Assembly (NCBI RefSeq): GCF_030684315.1
Contig: NC_081392.1
Span: 682,001-746,000, forward strand
From: Stegostoma tigrinum
Taxonomy: Eukaryota
Direction: 5' to 3'
DNA length: 64,000 nucleotides
Under the pieces are notes generated by a model that worked only from the letters and a program-made list of their open reading frames with translations, was not told the origin of the DNA and did not search any database. A program made the translations under genes and the position numbers. Of this stretch, positions 49,680-61,529 are shown piece after piece (positions within the stretch are counted from its first letter, which is position 1; each line of letters opens with the position of its first letter).

Positions 49680-50700
49680 ATGATTGTGGAGGATTCTGGG
49701 GGAATCTCTGCACCCTCACCATGACCAAAGAGGGGGAACACAGAAGAGCTGCCATCAGCAAACTGTAAAAGAGCATCCAATAGAGAAAATTGATGAGAAG
49801 CAACTGAGGAAAACTAAACAGTTGGACTGTTCCATATCACCTGTCCTTTGTGGAGAAATCTGCAAAAAAAAAACACAGTTGAGTACAAGTCCATCAGGAA
49901 GTGGCCAGCACATAGCATACTTGAGTGCCGGGGGAAAAGGAAAGGGTGGATCCTGTTGCATGGCTCCCTGAGTAAACTGTCAAAGTCATTTAGCAGAATG
50001 CCTCATCATTCCAACAAAGCAACAAGGCATTGCTTGGCTGGTGGTGAGAAGGGAGCTACCTATGAGATCCTTCAGTATGCCTGGTCAATCCATGCCATCA
50101 CAAGCTACCCACAAAGCAGTTTCGAGGTGGGGTTGAGACTGCCATGCATCTCCTTCTGAAATGTCTGGCAAAAGATGCAAGTGTGTTTGTCGAGGTTCGT
50201 CCCAAACGGCTCCATGACATGGGATTCTTTGCTCTACAATCTGTTCCCTGGGGCACGCACTGAGGCAAACATCGATGGCACTTTGGATGATTGTCAACTC
50301 AATGAAAGACACTCTTTGGTCTTGCTTGTCTTCCAGAATAAAGAATTGACCTTGACCAAGTGTTTCAAACTGGCACTTTCCAAGATCCAGGACTACATGC
50401 TAAGGTTGCACTACTGCACTAAAGGTTGGGGCAGATGCCACAGTGGGGAAGACCAAGTCATCCTGCAGAAGATAAATGGGGGTCCGCTCAGTTACTGGAC
50501 CCTCTTAGTGCTTCAAATACATGTAAATATGCTTTTTTTATGAGTAAGAGCTATCTTTGTTTTTTTTTCAATAGAGTCAAACTCCAATATTTGTTTGTTT
50601 CCTTGATATGCCACTGTAGAGAACAGAACTGCATTTGTGACTGTGTATATGTGAAAAAATATTTTTTGAATAAAGAATATGTTTGGAATAAAAAAATATT
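49680..50700 (+). mobile_element. Tx1/L1-clade LINE 3' fragment
   Basis: Decayed ORF2 C-terminal region ending in AATAAA and an A-rich tail (about 50669-50697); different in character from the CR1 copies. Confidence 0.5.
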
Positions 50701-50714
50701 CTGGGAGTAGTCAA

Positions 50715-53700
50715 TTCAGACATCAGTGACTGCCAAGGAGCGAATAAAAGGGAGGTGAGCTCTGGCAGAGGGGCCATTTTCAGAAGGGGCTGATTGCAGT
50801 GGCTGTTGTAGTGCTGCTGAAGGTTTAAGTTAGGCTTTGGTGAACACCAGGCTTTAGTGAGGAGGGTGATCAGCAAGAGTTAAGGCCATTGGAGGAGGAG
50901 TGAATGTTTGCAGCTGCCAAAGGCACGAGGGAAAAGGAGAAATCGAAGGAAATTGAACAGAGATGTCACAGCCAGCAGGCGCATGAGTGACGGATAAGTA
51001 TATTTTCTTTTGCCTTATTTTCTCTTGGCTTTGCTACAATTGTTGTTAACTTAAGTGTTAAGTCATTCAGGAGATCACAAACCTATGTCATGTTCCTACT
51101 GTGCAATTTGGGAAATCAGGGACCTTTCCAAAGCTCTTGACTACTTCATGTGCAAGAAGTGAGTCCAGCTGCAGATCCTGTCTTTCCACTTGACTGTCCT
51201 GGGGCTGGGGCTGGATTTACCTTGGAACATTCACAAGACTGAGGGAAACATGGAGGGGACGTTCAGTAAGTTGATTACACCACAGGTAAAAACATTACTG
51301 AGGAAGATAGGGAACTGGAGACCACCAGATATAGAAAGAATAGGAAGGCAGTGCAGGGGACTCCATGGTCATCTCCCTCCAAACCAGGTGGATACTGTTG
51401 GAGTGATGGCTCATCAGGGGAAGGCAGCAGCCAGATTCATGGCACTATAGCTGGCTCTGCTGCACAGGAGGGCAGGACAAAGGGTGGCAGAGCTACAATG
51501 TTAGGGGATTTAAATGGAGGGGAAATAGATAGGTGTTTCTGCAGCTGCAAATGATAGTCCAGGGTGGTATGTTGACTCCTGATGTAAGGGTTGAGGACGT
51601 CTTGGATTGGCTGTGGGATATTCGAGGGGCTAGAGTAAACAGCCAGCTATCATAGTGCATATAGGCTAAAATATGGAACAAGGTCCTACGAGCTGTATTT
51701 AAGGATTTAAGAGGTAAACTGAAAAGTAGAAACTCAATCTCAATCTTGGGATTGCTACCGGTGCCTCGTGCTAATCAGAGTCGGAATTTCAGGATAGCTA
51801 AGAAGAATATGTGGCTTGAGGGATGGTGCAAGAAGCTGGAATTCAAGGTCCTGGGGCACTGGAACCACATCTGGTGGAGGTCGAACCAGTACAAACCAGA
51901 TGGTCTGCACCTGGGGAAGACCGAAACCAACATCCTTGGAACAGTATTTGCTCGTGCTGTTGGGGGGGGTTTAAAATAATATGGCAGGGGGATGGGGACC
52001 AATGCAGGAAGTTGGAGGGAAGTAAAGTGGGGACAGAAACAAAAGGCAGTAAGTGCAAAAGTGAAAGTGGAAGGCAGAGAAACCAAAGACAAAAATCAGA
52101 AAGGGCCTCATTACATCATAATTCTAAAATGATAATAAATGGCAAAAAAAATCCTGAAGGTTTTATGTCTTAATGCAAGGAATGTTTATAATAAGGTGGG
52201 TGAAGTAACTGTACAGACCATTATTAATGGATATGATGTAATTGCGGTCATGGAGACCTGGTTCCAGAGGGACCAAAGATGGCAACTCCACACCATTCAA
52301 TTTTCAGGAATGATCAAGAGAAAGGAAAGGGGCATGAAGCAGTGTTGCTGGTTAAGGAGGAGATTAACACATTTGTAGGAAGCACATTAGCGTGGCTGAT
52401 GTGGATTCTGCATGGCTGAAGTTGCGGACCACTAAAGAGAAAAAAAACATAAGTTGGAGTTGTGTACAGACCACCAGACAGTAGGTATGAAGTTGGAGGT
52501 GGCATCAAACAGGAAATTAGACGTGCATGCAGTAAGGGAACAGCAGTTATGTATGACTCAATCTGCATATTGATTGGACTAACCATACTGGTAGAAATGT
52601 GCCGGAAGAGGATTTCCTGGTACCTATGAACCAACTAGAGAGCAGGCCATCCTAGGTTGTGTACTGAGACAGGCTAATTAGCAACCTTGTGCTGTGAGAT
52701 CCTTGGGGAACAGTTACCATAATACAGCAGAATTCTTCATTAAGTTGGAGAGTGACATAGTTAAATCTGAGACGAGGGCCCTGAACTTAAAGAAAGGTAA
52801 CTTTGATGGTATGAGGCATATATTGTCTCGGATAGCTGACCAATGATACAGAAGGGGTTGACAGGCATAAACAATGGCAGACATTTAAAGAACACATGGA
52901 TGAACTGTAACAATTGTACATACCTGTCTGGCATAAGGGTAAAACAGGGAACGTAGCTTAACCATGGCTAACAAGAAAAATCAGGGATAGTGTAAAAGAC
53001 AGAGATAGTGTAAAAGACAGCAAACCTGAGGAGTTGGGGAAATTTCTAATGCAGCAGAGGAGGACAAAGGGCTTAATTCAGAGGTAAAATAGAATACAAG
53101 AGTAAGCTTGAGGAAACTATGAAAACTAACTGCAACAGCTTCTGTAGATATGTGAAGAGAAGAAGACTGGTGAAGACAAAAGTAGGTCCCTTACAGTCAG
53201 AGTCAGGTGAATTCATAGTGGACAACAAAGAGATTGCAGACCACTTGAACAAATAATTAGGAGCTGTCTTCTTGAAGGAAAACACAAATAAATTTCTGGA
53301 AATGTTAGGGGACAGAGGGTCAAACATGAAAGAGGAACTGATGAAAAACCTTACCAGTCAGGAAATGGTATTGGGGAAATTGATGGGATTAAAACCCAAT
53401 AAGTCCGCAGGGCCTGATGCTTTGTGTCCCAGAGCACCAAAGGAAGTGGGCCGAGAAGTAATGGATGCATTGATGATCAATTTCCAGCATTCTATAGACT
53501 CTGGAAGAGGTCAATGGATCGGAGGATAGCTAATGTAACCCAAATTTGTAAAAAAGGAGGGAGAGAGAAAATGGTGTTTTATATGACAGTTAGCCTAAAA
53601 TCGGTGGTGGGGAAAATGCTGGGGCTAATTGATAAGAATGCAATGACTGAGCATTTGGAAAGCTGTGACAGGACCAGTCCAAGTCAGCATGGACTCAATA

Positions 53701-53945
53701 AAGGGAAATCATTCTTGACAAATCTTGTGGAATTTTTTTGAGGAAGTGACCAGTAGAGTGGACAAGAGTGAATCAGTGTATGTTGTTTATCTGGACTTTC
53801 AAAAGGCTTTTGACAAAGTCCCATGCAAGTAAGCAAGATTAAAGTTCATAGTATTGGAGGTAATGTTTTGCCTTGGATAAAGAATTGGTTGGCAGACATG
53901 AAGCAGAGATTTGGAATAAATGAGTCCTTTTCAGGATGGCAGGCA
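50715..53945 (+). mobile_element. Near-full-length decayed CR1 LINE (ORF1 esterase, ORF2 endonuclease-RT)
   Basis: ORF1 SGNH-like GLLPVPRA...YKPDGLHL; ORF2 start KVLCLNARNVYNK...IAVMETW; NKSAGPD; SQHGLNKGKSFLTNL. Confidence 0.88.
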
Positions 53946-54500
53946 GCTCTATAAAACTTTGGTTAGACCGCACTTGGAATACTGCGTCCAGTTCTGGGCG
54001 CCCTATTATAGGAAAGATGTGGATGCTTTGGAGAGGGTTCAGAGGAGGTTTACCAGGATGCTGCCTGGACTGGAGGGCTTATCTTATGAAGAGAGGTTGA
54101 CTGAGCTCGGTCTCTTTTCATTGGAGAAAAGGAGGAGGAGAGGGGACCTAATTGAGGTATACAAGATAATGAGAGGCATAGATAGAGTTGATAGCCAGAG
54201 ACTATTTCCCAGGGCAGAAATGGCTAGCACGAGGGGTCATAGTTTTAAGCTGGTTGGTGGAAAGTATAGAGGGGATGTCAGAGGCAGGTTCTTTACGCAG
54301 AGAGTTGTGAGAGCATGGAATGCGTTGCCAGCAGCAGTTGTGGAAGCAAGGTCATTGGGGTCATTTAAGAGACTGCTGGACATGTATATGGTCACAGAAA
54401 TTTGAGGGTGCATACATGAGGATCAATGGTCGGCACAACATTGTGGGCTGAAGGGCTTGTTCTGTGCTGTACTGTTCTATGTTCTATGTTCTATGTTCTA
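53945..54500 (+). mobile_element. Relatively young CR1 3' end with (TTCTATG)n tail
   Basis: Intact ORF LYKTLVRPHLEYCVQFWAP...FFTQRVVRAWNALP; tail repeats at about 54475-54499. Confidence 0.9.
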
Positions 54501-54509
54501 AAAAAGAAA

Positions 54510-55418
54510 ATTAGAGTACAAGAACAGGCCCTTCAGCTGTCCAAGCCAGCACCATCATGCTGCCAATCTCAACTAAAGCCCCCTACTCTTCCTGGAACCA
54601 TATCCTTCTATTCCCATCCTATTCATGTAATTGTCAAGATGCCCATTAAAAGTCACGATTGTATCTACTTCCACTATGTCCACCGGAAGTGAATTCCAGG
54701 CACTCACCACCCTCTGTATCAAAAAACTTGCCTCGTACATCACCTTTAAACCCTGCCCCTTGCGCCTTAAACCCACAGCCTCTGGTAACTGACTGTTCCA
54801 GGAAAAAGATTCTGACTGTCCAGTCTGTCCATGCCCATCATAATCTTGTAGGCATCTGTCAGGTGACCCCTCAACCTCCGTCATTCCAGTGAGAACAACC
54901 CAAGTTTCTCCAAACTCTCCTCATAGCTAATGCCCTCCATACCAGGCAGCATCCTGGTAAATCCTTTCTGTACCCTCTCCAAAGCCACCACATCCTTCTG
55001 GTAGTGTGTTGATCAGAATTGAACATAATATTCCAAAATCAGCCTAGTTAAAGTTCTATAAAACTGCAAAATTACCTGCCAATTTTTAAACTCAATGCCC
55101 TGGCTGATGAAGGCAAGCATGCTTTATGCCTTATTGACCACCTTTTCCACCTGCATTGCCACTTTCAGTGACCCGTGCACCTGTACACCCAGATCCCTCT
55201 GCCTATCAGTACTCTTAAGAGTTCTGCCATTTACTGTATATTTTCCATCTGGATTACACCTTCCAAAATGCATTACTTCACATTTTTCTGCATTAAACTC
55301 CATCTGTGATCTCTCTGCCCAAGTCACCAACCACTCCTTATCCTTTTGTATCCCTTGAAGGTCCTCATCAATATCTGCAATTCCACCAACTTTTGTGTCA
55401 TCGGCAAACGTACTAATG
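54510..55418 (-). mobile_element. CR1 3' fragment, inverted
   Basis: Minus ORFs WAERSQMEFNAEKCEVMHFG and QRVVSAWNSLP. Confidence 0.85.
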
Positions 55419-56568
55419 TCGTTGTTCCTAGTTAAAGTAGAAACATTAAGAAATAAAATTGAAAGTTAACATTACAGTCCTTCTAAATATTAAATGGAAA
55501 ATTAAGCAATAAAGATAAAACTGCACCAGTCTTTCTGAAGTGCATTATCCGCAAAGGCTCGGTCTCCTGTGCTTTGGCCCACTCTCTGGACAGCTCGGGC
55601 TTCTGTTCTCGACGCCGCAGATACGGAGGAGCGAAACTTCAGACACGCTGTAACCACGTTGGGTTCTGACCTACAGCCGCTCCATGCAGCGGATCTCCAG
55701 CCGACGCTGCTCGGGACCCATAGCCGCTGCCATACTCACCGTGATACCATTGCCGCTATTGCACTCTCTCCGGGAGGTGAGTATGAAAAGACGATAAAGA
55801 GAGAGAAAAACAGAATGCGAACGGGCCTACCATGTCGGTACTTGAATAGCTGGATCGCACTGCTGGGTCCCGCTCTCGCTGTCACTGCCTTAAAAGGCCT
55901 TTCAAAAGAAAGAAAAAAAAAGACTGCTGAATGACTAAAAAAGGCAAGAAAAGTAGGCGAAGGCGGACGAGCCCCAGACCAGGAGCTCGAATGCAGTACT
56001 GCTACTCCGCCACCGCCATATTGCGGTTTCTGGGAAGTTATTGCCGCACCACGGTCATGGAACAGCAAATCAGTTCCACTTCAGGTTGGCGACGTGCCTT
56101 GGCGTGGAACTTGGTGATGGTGGTGTTCCCATGCATCCACTGCCGTTGTCCTTTTAGATGGCAGAGGTTCCGACTTTGGAGAAGCCTTGATGAGTTAGTT
56201 TTTTGTTAAACAGACCAGAACATATAAATTTCAAACGGAGTAGAACCACATCGCTTCATCGTAGGCCGCACTGATGATCTTATCTAGCATAGTGACCAAA
56301 CGTCTGTACATCACCAGCAAGCTCGGCGAGCAAGCCAACTACCTCATCCACGACCCGAGCTACAAATCTTTGCAAGAGACTTGGTGAGTTGTTGCAGTGC
56401 ATCTTGAGGATCGTATGTCCTCCTGCCATTCTATATCAGTGGTGGAGGGAAGGGATGTTGAAGGTGACGGATAAGTGTCAATCAAGAAGAACAAAAGCAA
56501 AGTTGCTGGAAAAGCTCAGGAGGCCTGGTATCTGTGAAGGAAAAACAGCGTTAACGTTTCGAGCTCGG

Positions 56569-57056
56569 TGACAAATCCAGAATAGATCTGCAGCGCTGTA
56601 CCCTGCCATAATAAATATTGTGACTACAAGATCAAGTGGGAGGCTGGAAATTCTGTGATGAGAACTCAACGACTGACAGCTCAAACTCTGCGCTATCAGA
56701 CACAAATGAGGATTTGGAAGTGCCGGTGTTGGACTGGGATGGATAAGGTCAGAAGTCACAGGGCACCAGATCATAGCCAAAAGATTTATTTGAAAGCAGG
56801 GCATGTCAGGGGTGTGATGAAATAACCTCCATCACCTGTATGAGTGAAACTCCAACAACACTCAAGAACCTACACGCCATCCTGTCTAAAACAGTCCTGT
56901 TGATTGACAAAATAAAAACGAAAGAACTGCGGATGCCGTAAATCAGGAACAGTTCTGAGGAACGGGCGTGAAATTTCCAGCCTCCCGACTTGATCTTGTA
57001 GTCACAATATTTATTATGGCAGGGTACAGCGCTGCAGATCCTTTCTGGATTTGTCA
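56569..57056. repeat. Near-perfect inverted repeat pair of about 85 bp (56569-56652 and 56972-57056)
   Basis: tgacaaatccaga...gggaggctggaaatt and its reverse complement aatttccagcctccc...tctggatttgtca. Confidence 0.92.
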
Positions 57057-57331
57057 AAACTTGTGCAGATTAGTGCCGAGCGGTCATAACGCACCCTCCG
57101 CACCACAACACGCTCCTCCCCAAAAAACTTATTTCTTCGATGAAATTTCATTAACTTAAATTCAACTACGAGAGGAAAATGAAAATACTTGCAATGGAGC
57201 AAAAAAAATGCATTTTAAAAATTTGGTTTATGGCCTCTCCCTTAATTGTTGTGAGTCAATTACATCACCATTTCAGGCGAGACCAGCATGCAGCAAGCCC
57301 CGCCTCCTCGCAAAAACGGGGTGGAGATCAT

Positions 57332-57374
57332 TCTGCTTATGACGTCTGCTTATGACGCGCTTCACTTAATAAAT
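57332..57374 (+). promoter_or_regulatory. V promoter: tandem duplicated CRE and TATA-like box
   Basis: TCTGCTTATGACG twice (57332-57344, 57345-57357), TAATAAAT at 57367-57374, AP-1 TGAGTCA at about 57252. Confidence 0.65.
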
Positions 57375-57418
57375 CTCGATCCTGACCAACTAGCAGAACG
57401 CCTGTTAAATCCGACGCA

Positions 57419-57461
57419 ATGATGCGATTGGCTGTCTTTGGTGTTTTCCTTCTAGCGCTTA
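57419..57461 (+). CDS. TRBV: Leader exon of the V at 57790 (MMRLAVFGVFLLAL)
   Basis: Signal peptide, A|GTATGT donor, in phase with the V exon. Confidence 0.9.
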
Positions 57462-57789
57462 GTATGTTATTTTCTTTTACGTTTCATCAAGTAGACGAAA
57501 TGATTAAAGGTCTCTAAGTAATGTAGTACAGTGGTGACTTGTGAAGTCAGAAAACAATTATTTAAAGAGTGTGGTATTTATTCTGATCTCTATGGTACAG
57601 AACTTTTTAAATTATTGCGGTTGCGTGCAGGCATGTAGATTTCACTAATCCTGTTAGATTTGCGTGTTTCCAGTGACTAGTAAGAAATTAGAACAAAAGA
57701 TGAATTCCTGTCGATAACCCACTGTCACCATACGTTGTCTCAAGTGTGGCTTGAAAACCTTTTCTTTTACCTCTAATTCCCATTCCAAG

Positions 57790-58090
57790 GTGGCTCCCGG
57801 GGTGATGAGGTGCGTCAATGGCCCACTTCGCTAGCTCTCAACGTACGAGGATCAGCTGAAGTGAACTGTGTGCAGGAAGGAACGCTTCGCGATAACATGC
57901 TCTGGTATCGTCAATCCGCTAACGGAAGCTTCACTTTAATCGGCTACACAGACTTAGCAGGAAAAGCTCACTATGAAGAAGGTTTCAAGAGCGGCTTTCC
58001 TATTACAAGGACAATGGAAAATAAAAAATCTACTTTGAAGATTGACAGCGTTAAACTCACGGACAGTGCAATTTATTTCTGTGCAGCTAG
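57790..58090 (+). CDS. TRBV: TCR beta V exon, intact, inverted relative to D-J
   Basis: GSRGDEVRQWPTSLALNVRGSAEVNC...MLWYRQS...TLIG...YEEGFKSGFPITR...STLKIDSVKLTDSAIYFCAAS. Confidence 0.95.
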
Positions 58091-58129
58091 CACATCGCTT
58101 CATAGTCACCGGTAACTGAGACAAAAACC
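58091..58129 (+). promoter_or_regulatory. 23-RSS
   Basis: CACATCG (58091-58097), 23 bp, ACAAAAACC (58121-58129). Confidence 0.92.
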
Positions 58130-60194
58130 CTCACACAAACTGATCTAGATTGATTTAATGTTACAGCGAATTAACAGAGGTACTCTTCAAGTATACGAGA
58201 TTATTAAAGTGCTCCTCAGCCAAACCTGCATTTTAGGTGAACTCAGGGGGACCATAGCTGCAAACTCAGTCCAACTATGTTTCAATCCCGAATTCAGAAG
58301 AAATTCGATGACAATGAGAATGTGGAAAATGGGCAAACATGCTAAATGCGTTTAAGGTAACCTATAATTATTGAATGAATGAGGCTGATATAAAGGTTCA
58401 ACTGAGAGAGTGAAGCAACACCAGACCCTTCCGCTGTGAGTTTTATCACGTACAATTTTATGTGTGGAGGATAAACTATGAAGGGAAGGAATGAATAATT
58501 AAAAGGCAGATAATGCCTGGACGCGCACATTTTCACGAGCAAGTAGGAGGTGAATCCGCCACCAGCCACTCGGATTATAAGGGTACTTTGGTGTTTTGAG
58601 TATCAGGGGTTCAACCATAGAGTGTCGTCACTGTTGACCCGAGGCTCGTGACTTTTACTTGCTCTGCGGTGCAACGCAGAAAGACACCATTCTAGGGCAG
58701 AATGGAAAAACTGAATTCGTGAGAGGGGAGGGAGGAAATTAAAAGTTAAAGTGTTAACCTTTTATAAAATCTAGGACTACTTTGCCTAAAATTTGGCATT
58801 TCATTTAACTTTGCTGTTTTAAGTCTAAAGCATTTCAGAGGGTTGGAATCAAGGCAAAACAAGCAAATGAAGTCCTCTGCTGCAGAGCAGGTGACACTAG
58901 CAAATTGAGTATCTAAATAGTTTTTGTAACTGCCTCTAAAGAAAATGATCACAAACTCGGTAATCATAAATGTGAGAGGTTATGCATTCTGTGCTCTGGT
59001 GTAGAGTGGCAAAACTACCAGTCTGACGAGAGGGAGTTTCAGTGATGGGGGCACATTATTTCCCTTTTCTTTCTGTATTTTTGGCCTCTGGTACACCATG
59101 GATGAAAAACTGAAAGAGGAAGATGAGTTTTGAAAACATTCCAAGTTGACAGCGTAAAACTATGTTTGCCATAGATGGAGAGCAAAGAGATTCACTGGAC
59201 TGATGCCTGCAATGGCAGATTTGTCATATGAGGAGAATTTGAGTTGATTGGGCTTGCATTCACTTGAATATTGAAACAGAATCTCACTGAAATATATATA
59301 ATGATAGGACTAAACATACTGGATGCAGGGTCAATGTTTCACCTAGCCAGAGGGTGAAGAGCAAGGCGTCACAGTCCCAGGATATGAGATAACACTGTTT
59401 TAAATGAGGAGAAATATGTTCCATAGTCAGCACCTTCCAAACATACAACCACTGCCATCTAGAGGGACAAAGGAAGAAAATACAGGGGAGCATCACCACC
59501 TGCAAGTTCCACGACAAGCCAGTCAGCCATCTTTGCTGAGAAATTTATCATTGGTTCCTTTGGTATAACTTGGTCACAATCCTGGAACTCCTTCATTGCC
59601 ATTGTAGATGTATGTACACAAAATTGATTACAGCAGCTCCTTATCACCTTCTCAATGTCAACTACGAATAAGCAATAATTGCTCGCCCAGCCAACGTTGT
59701 TATTATCTCATCAGTGAAGTTTTAAGAAAGAAAAAAATTCATGTAGGTAAACCTATGGAATTCTTTGCAACAGAAGACTGTGGAGGCCAACTCACTGATT
59801 TTTTTTAAGAAATAAAAAGATTTCTACAGGTTAAATCTGGCAAGGTGTATGAGGATAAAGAACCAACATTGAATCTGAAAAGCATGATTGATGGAACAAA
59901 ATGGCCTACTCCAACTCCTATTTTCAAGTTATCTATGATTCAGTCTACACCAAGTTATCACCAAGGTCCTCCTCAACCATCTCCTCCTTGTGGCTGAGGA
60001 ACTTCTCCCAGGGTTGTAGTGTGCCTTTTGACCACAGAGGAGCACAACAGACATGATGTTCACTGCGTAAGAGCTGCATTATGGAGTGTCCTTCTCTGTT
60101 TGGTTGCACCATGATATTTACCACCATCCTTCACCTCTCCATGACAACATGGAAGTCATGATAATGACATTCCCCAATTGAACCGGCATCAAGC

Positions 60195-61395
60195 AGGTTG
60201 ATAGATGAGGGAAGGGCTGTGGATGTCATGTACATGGGCTTCAGTAAGGCATTGTTAAGGTTGCCCATGGTAGGCTGATGGAGAAAGTGAAGTCACATGG
60301 GGCCCAGGGTGTACAAGCTAGATGGATAGAGCACTGGCTGGGCAACAGGAGAAAGAGAGTTGTAGTGGAAGTGAGTTTCTCAAAATGGAGAACTGTGATT
60401 AGTGGTGTTCCACAGGGATCTGTTTTGGGACCACTGTTGTCTGTGATATACATAAATTATCTGGAGGAAGGTATAGATGGTCTGATTATCAAGTTTGCAG
60501 ACAAAACTGAGATTGGTAAAGTAGCAGATAATGAAGAGGACTGTCGGAGAATGCAGCAGGATATAGATAAATGGCAGGTGAAGTTCAATCCAGGCAAATG
60601 CAAGGTGATGAACTTTGGAAGATCCAATTCAAGAGCAAACTATACGGTAAATGGAAAAGTCCTGGGCAAAATTGATACACAGGGAAATCTGGGTGTTCAG
60701 GTCCCTTGTACCCTGAAGGTGGAAATGCAGGTTGATGGAGTGGTCAAGAAGGCATACGGCATGCTTTCACTCATTGGACAGAGTATTGAATACAACAGTT
60801 CGCAGGTCATGTTGCAGTTGTGTAGGACTTTGGTTCAACCACATTTGGAACACTGCGTACAGTTCTGGTCGCCACATTACCAAAAAGGAGTTGGATGTTT
60901 TGGAGACGGTGCAGTGGCGGTTCATCAGGATGATGCCTGCGATGGGGTTAGCTAGCTATGAAGAGAGGTTGAGTAGAATAAGATTATTTACATTGGAAAG
61001 ACAGAGGTTGAAGGTGTCCTGATTGAGGTACAGACAGGGTAGGTAGCAAGAAGCTTTTTTCCCAGAGTATGGGACTCAATTACTAAGGGTCATATTTCAA
61101 GATGAGAGGGGAAAAGTTTAAGGGAGATATGCATGGAAAATTCTTTATGCTGATGGTGGTGGGTGCCTGGAACACATTGCCAGCAGAGGTGGTAGATGTG
61201 GGCATGATAGAGGTCATTTAAGATGTATCTGAACAGATACATGAATGGGCTGGGAGCAGAGGGATACAGATCCTTGAAAAATAGGTTTAGATACAGTTTA
61301 ATTGGGTTAAATAGGTTTAGGTAGAGGATCTGGATTGACGCAGGCTTGGAGGGCCGAAGGGCCTCTTCCTGTGTTGTAATTTTCTTTGTTCTTTA
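60195..61395 (+). mobile_element. CR1 LINE RT and 3' end
   Basis: ORF 60278-60955 SGVPQGSVLGPLL...IKFADKT...LVQPHLEHCVQFWSP. Confidence 0.92.
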
Positions 61396-61529
61396 TACTA
61401 GTCCACCAACTTGATGTGATTGTATCCTTCTCATGCTGACTTGATGTCAAACTTTGTAATCTGAAAATATTATATTAGTTTATCTACTGGACAGCAATAG
61501 TGGTGTTGTTCCTTTGTCCTGAGGCCTTT

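Noticed and set aside
55560-56010. CpG-rich block with overlapping ORFs
   Set aside because: Looks like a retroelement 5' region; no Ig motifs, RSS or clear exon.
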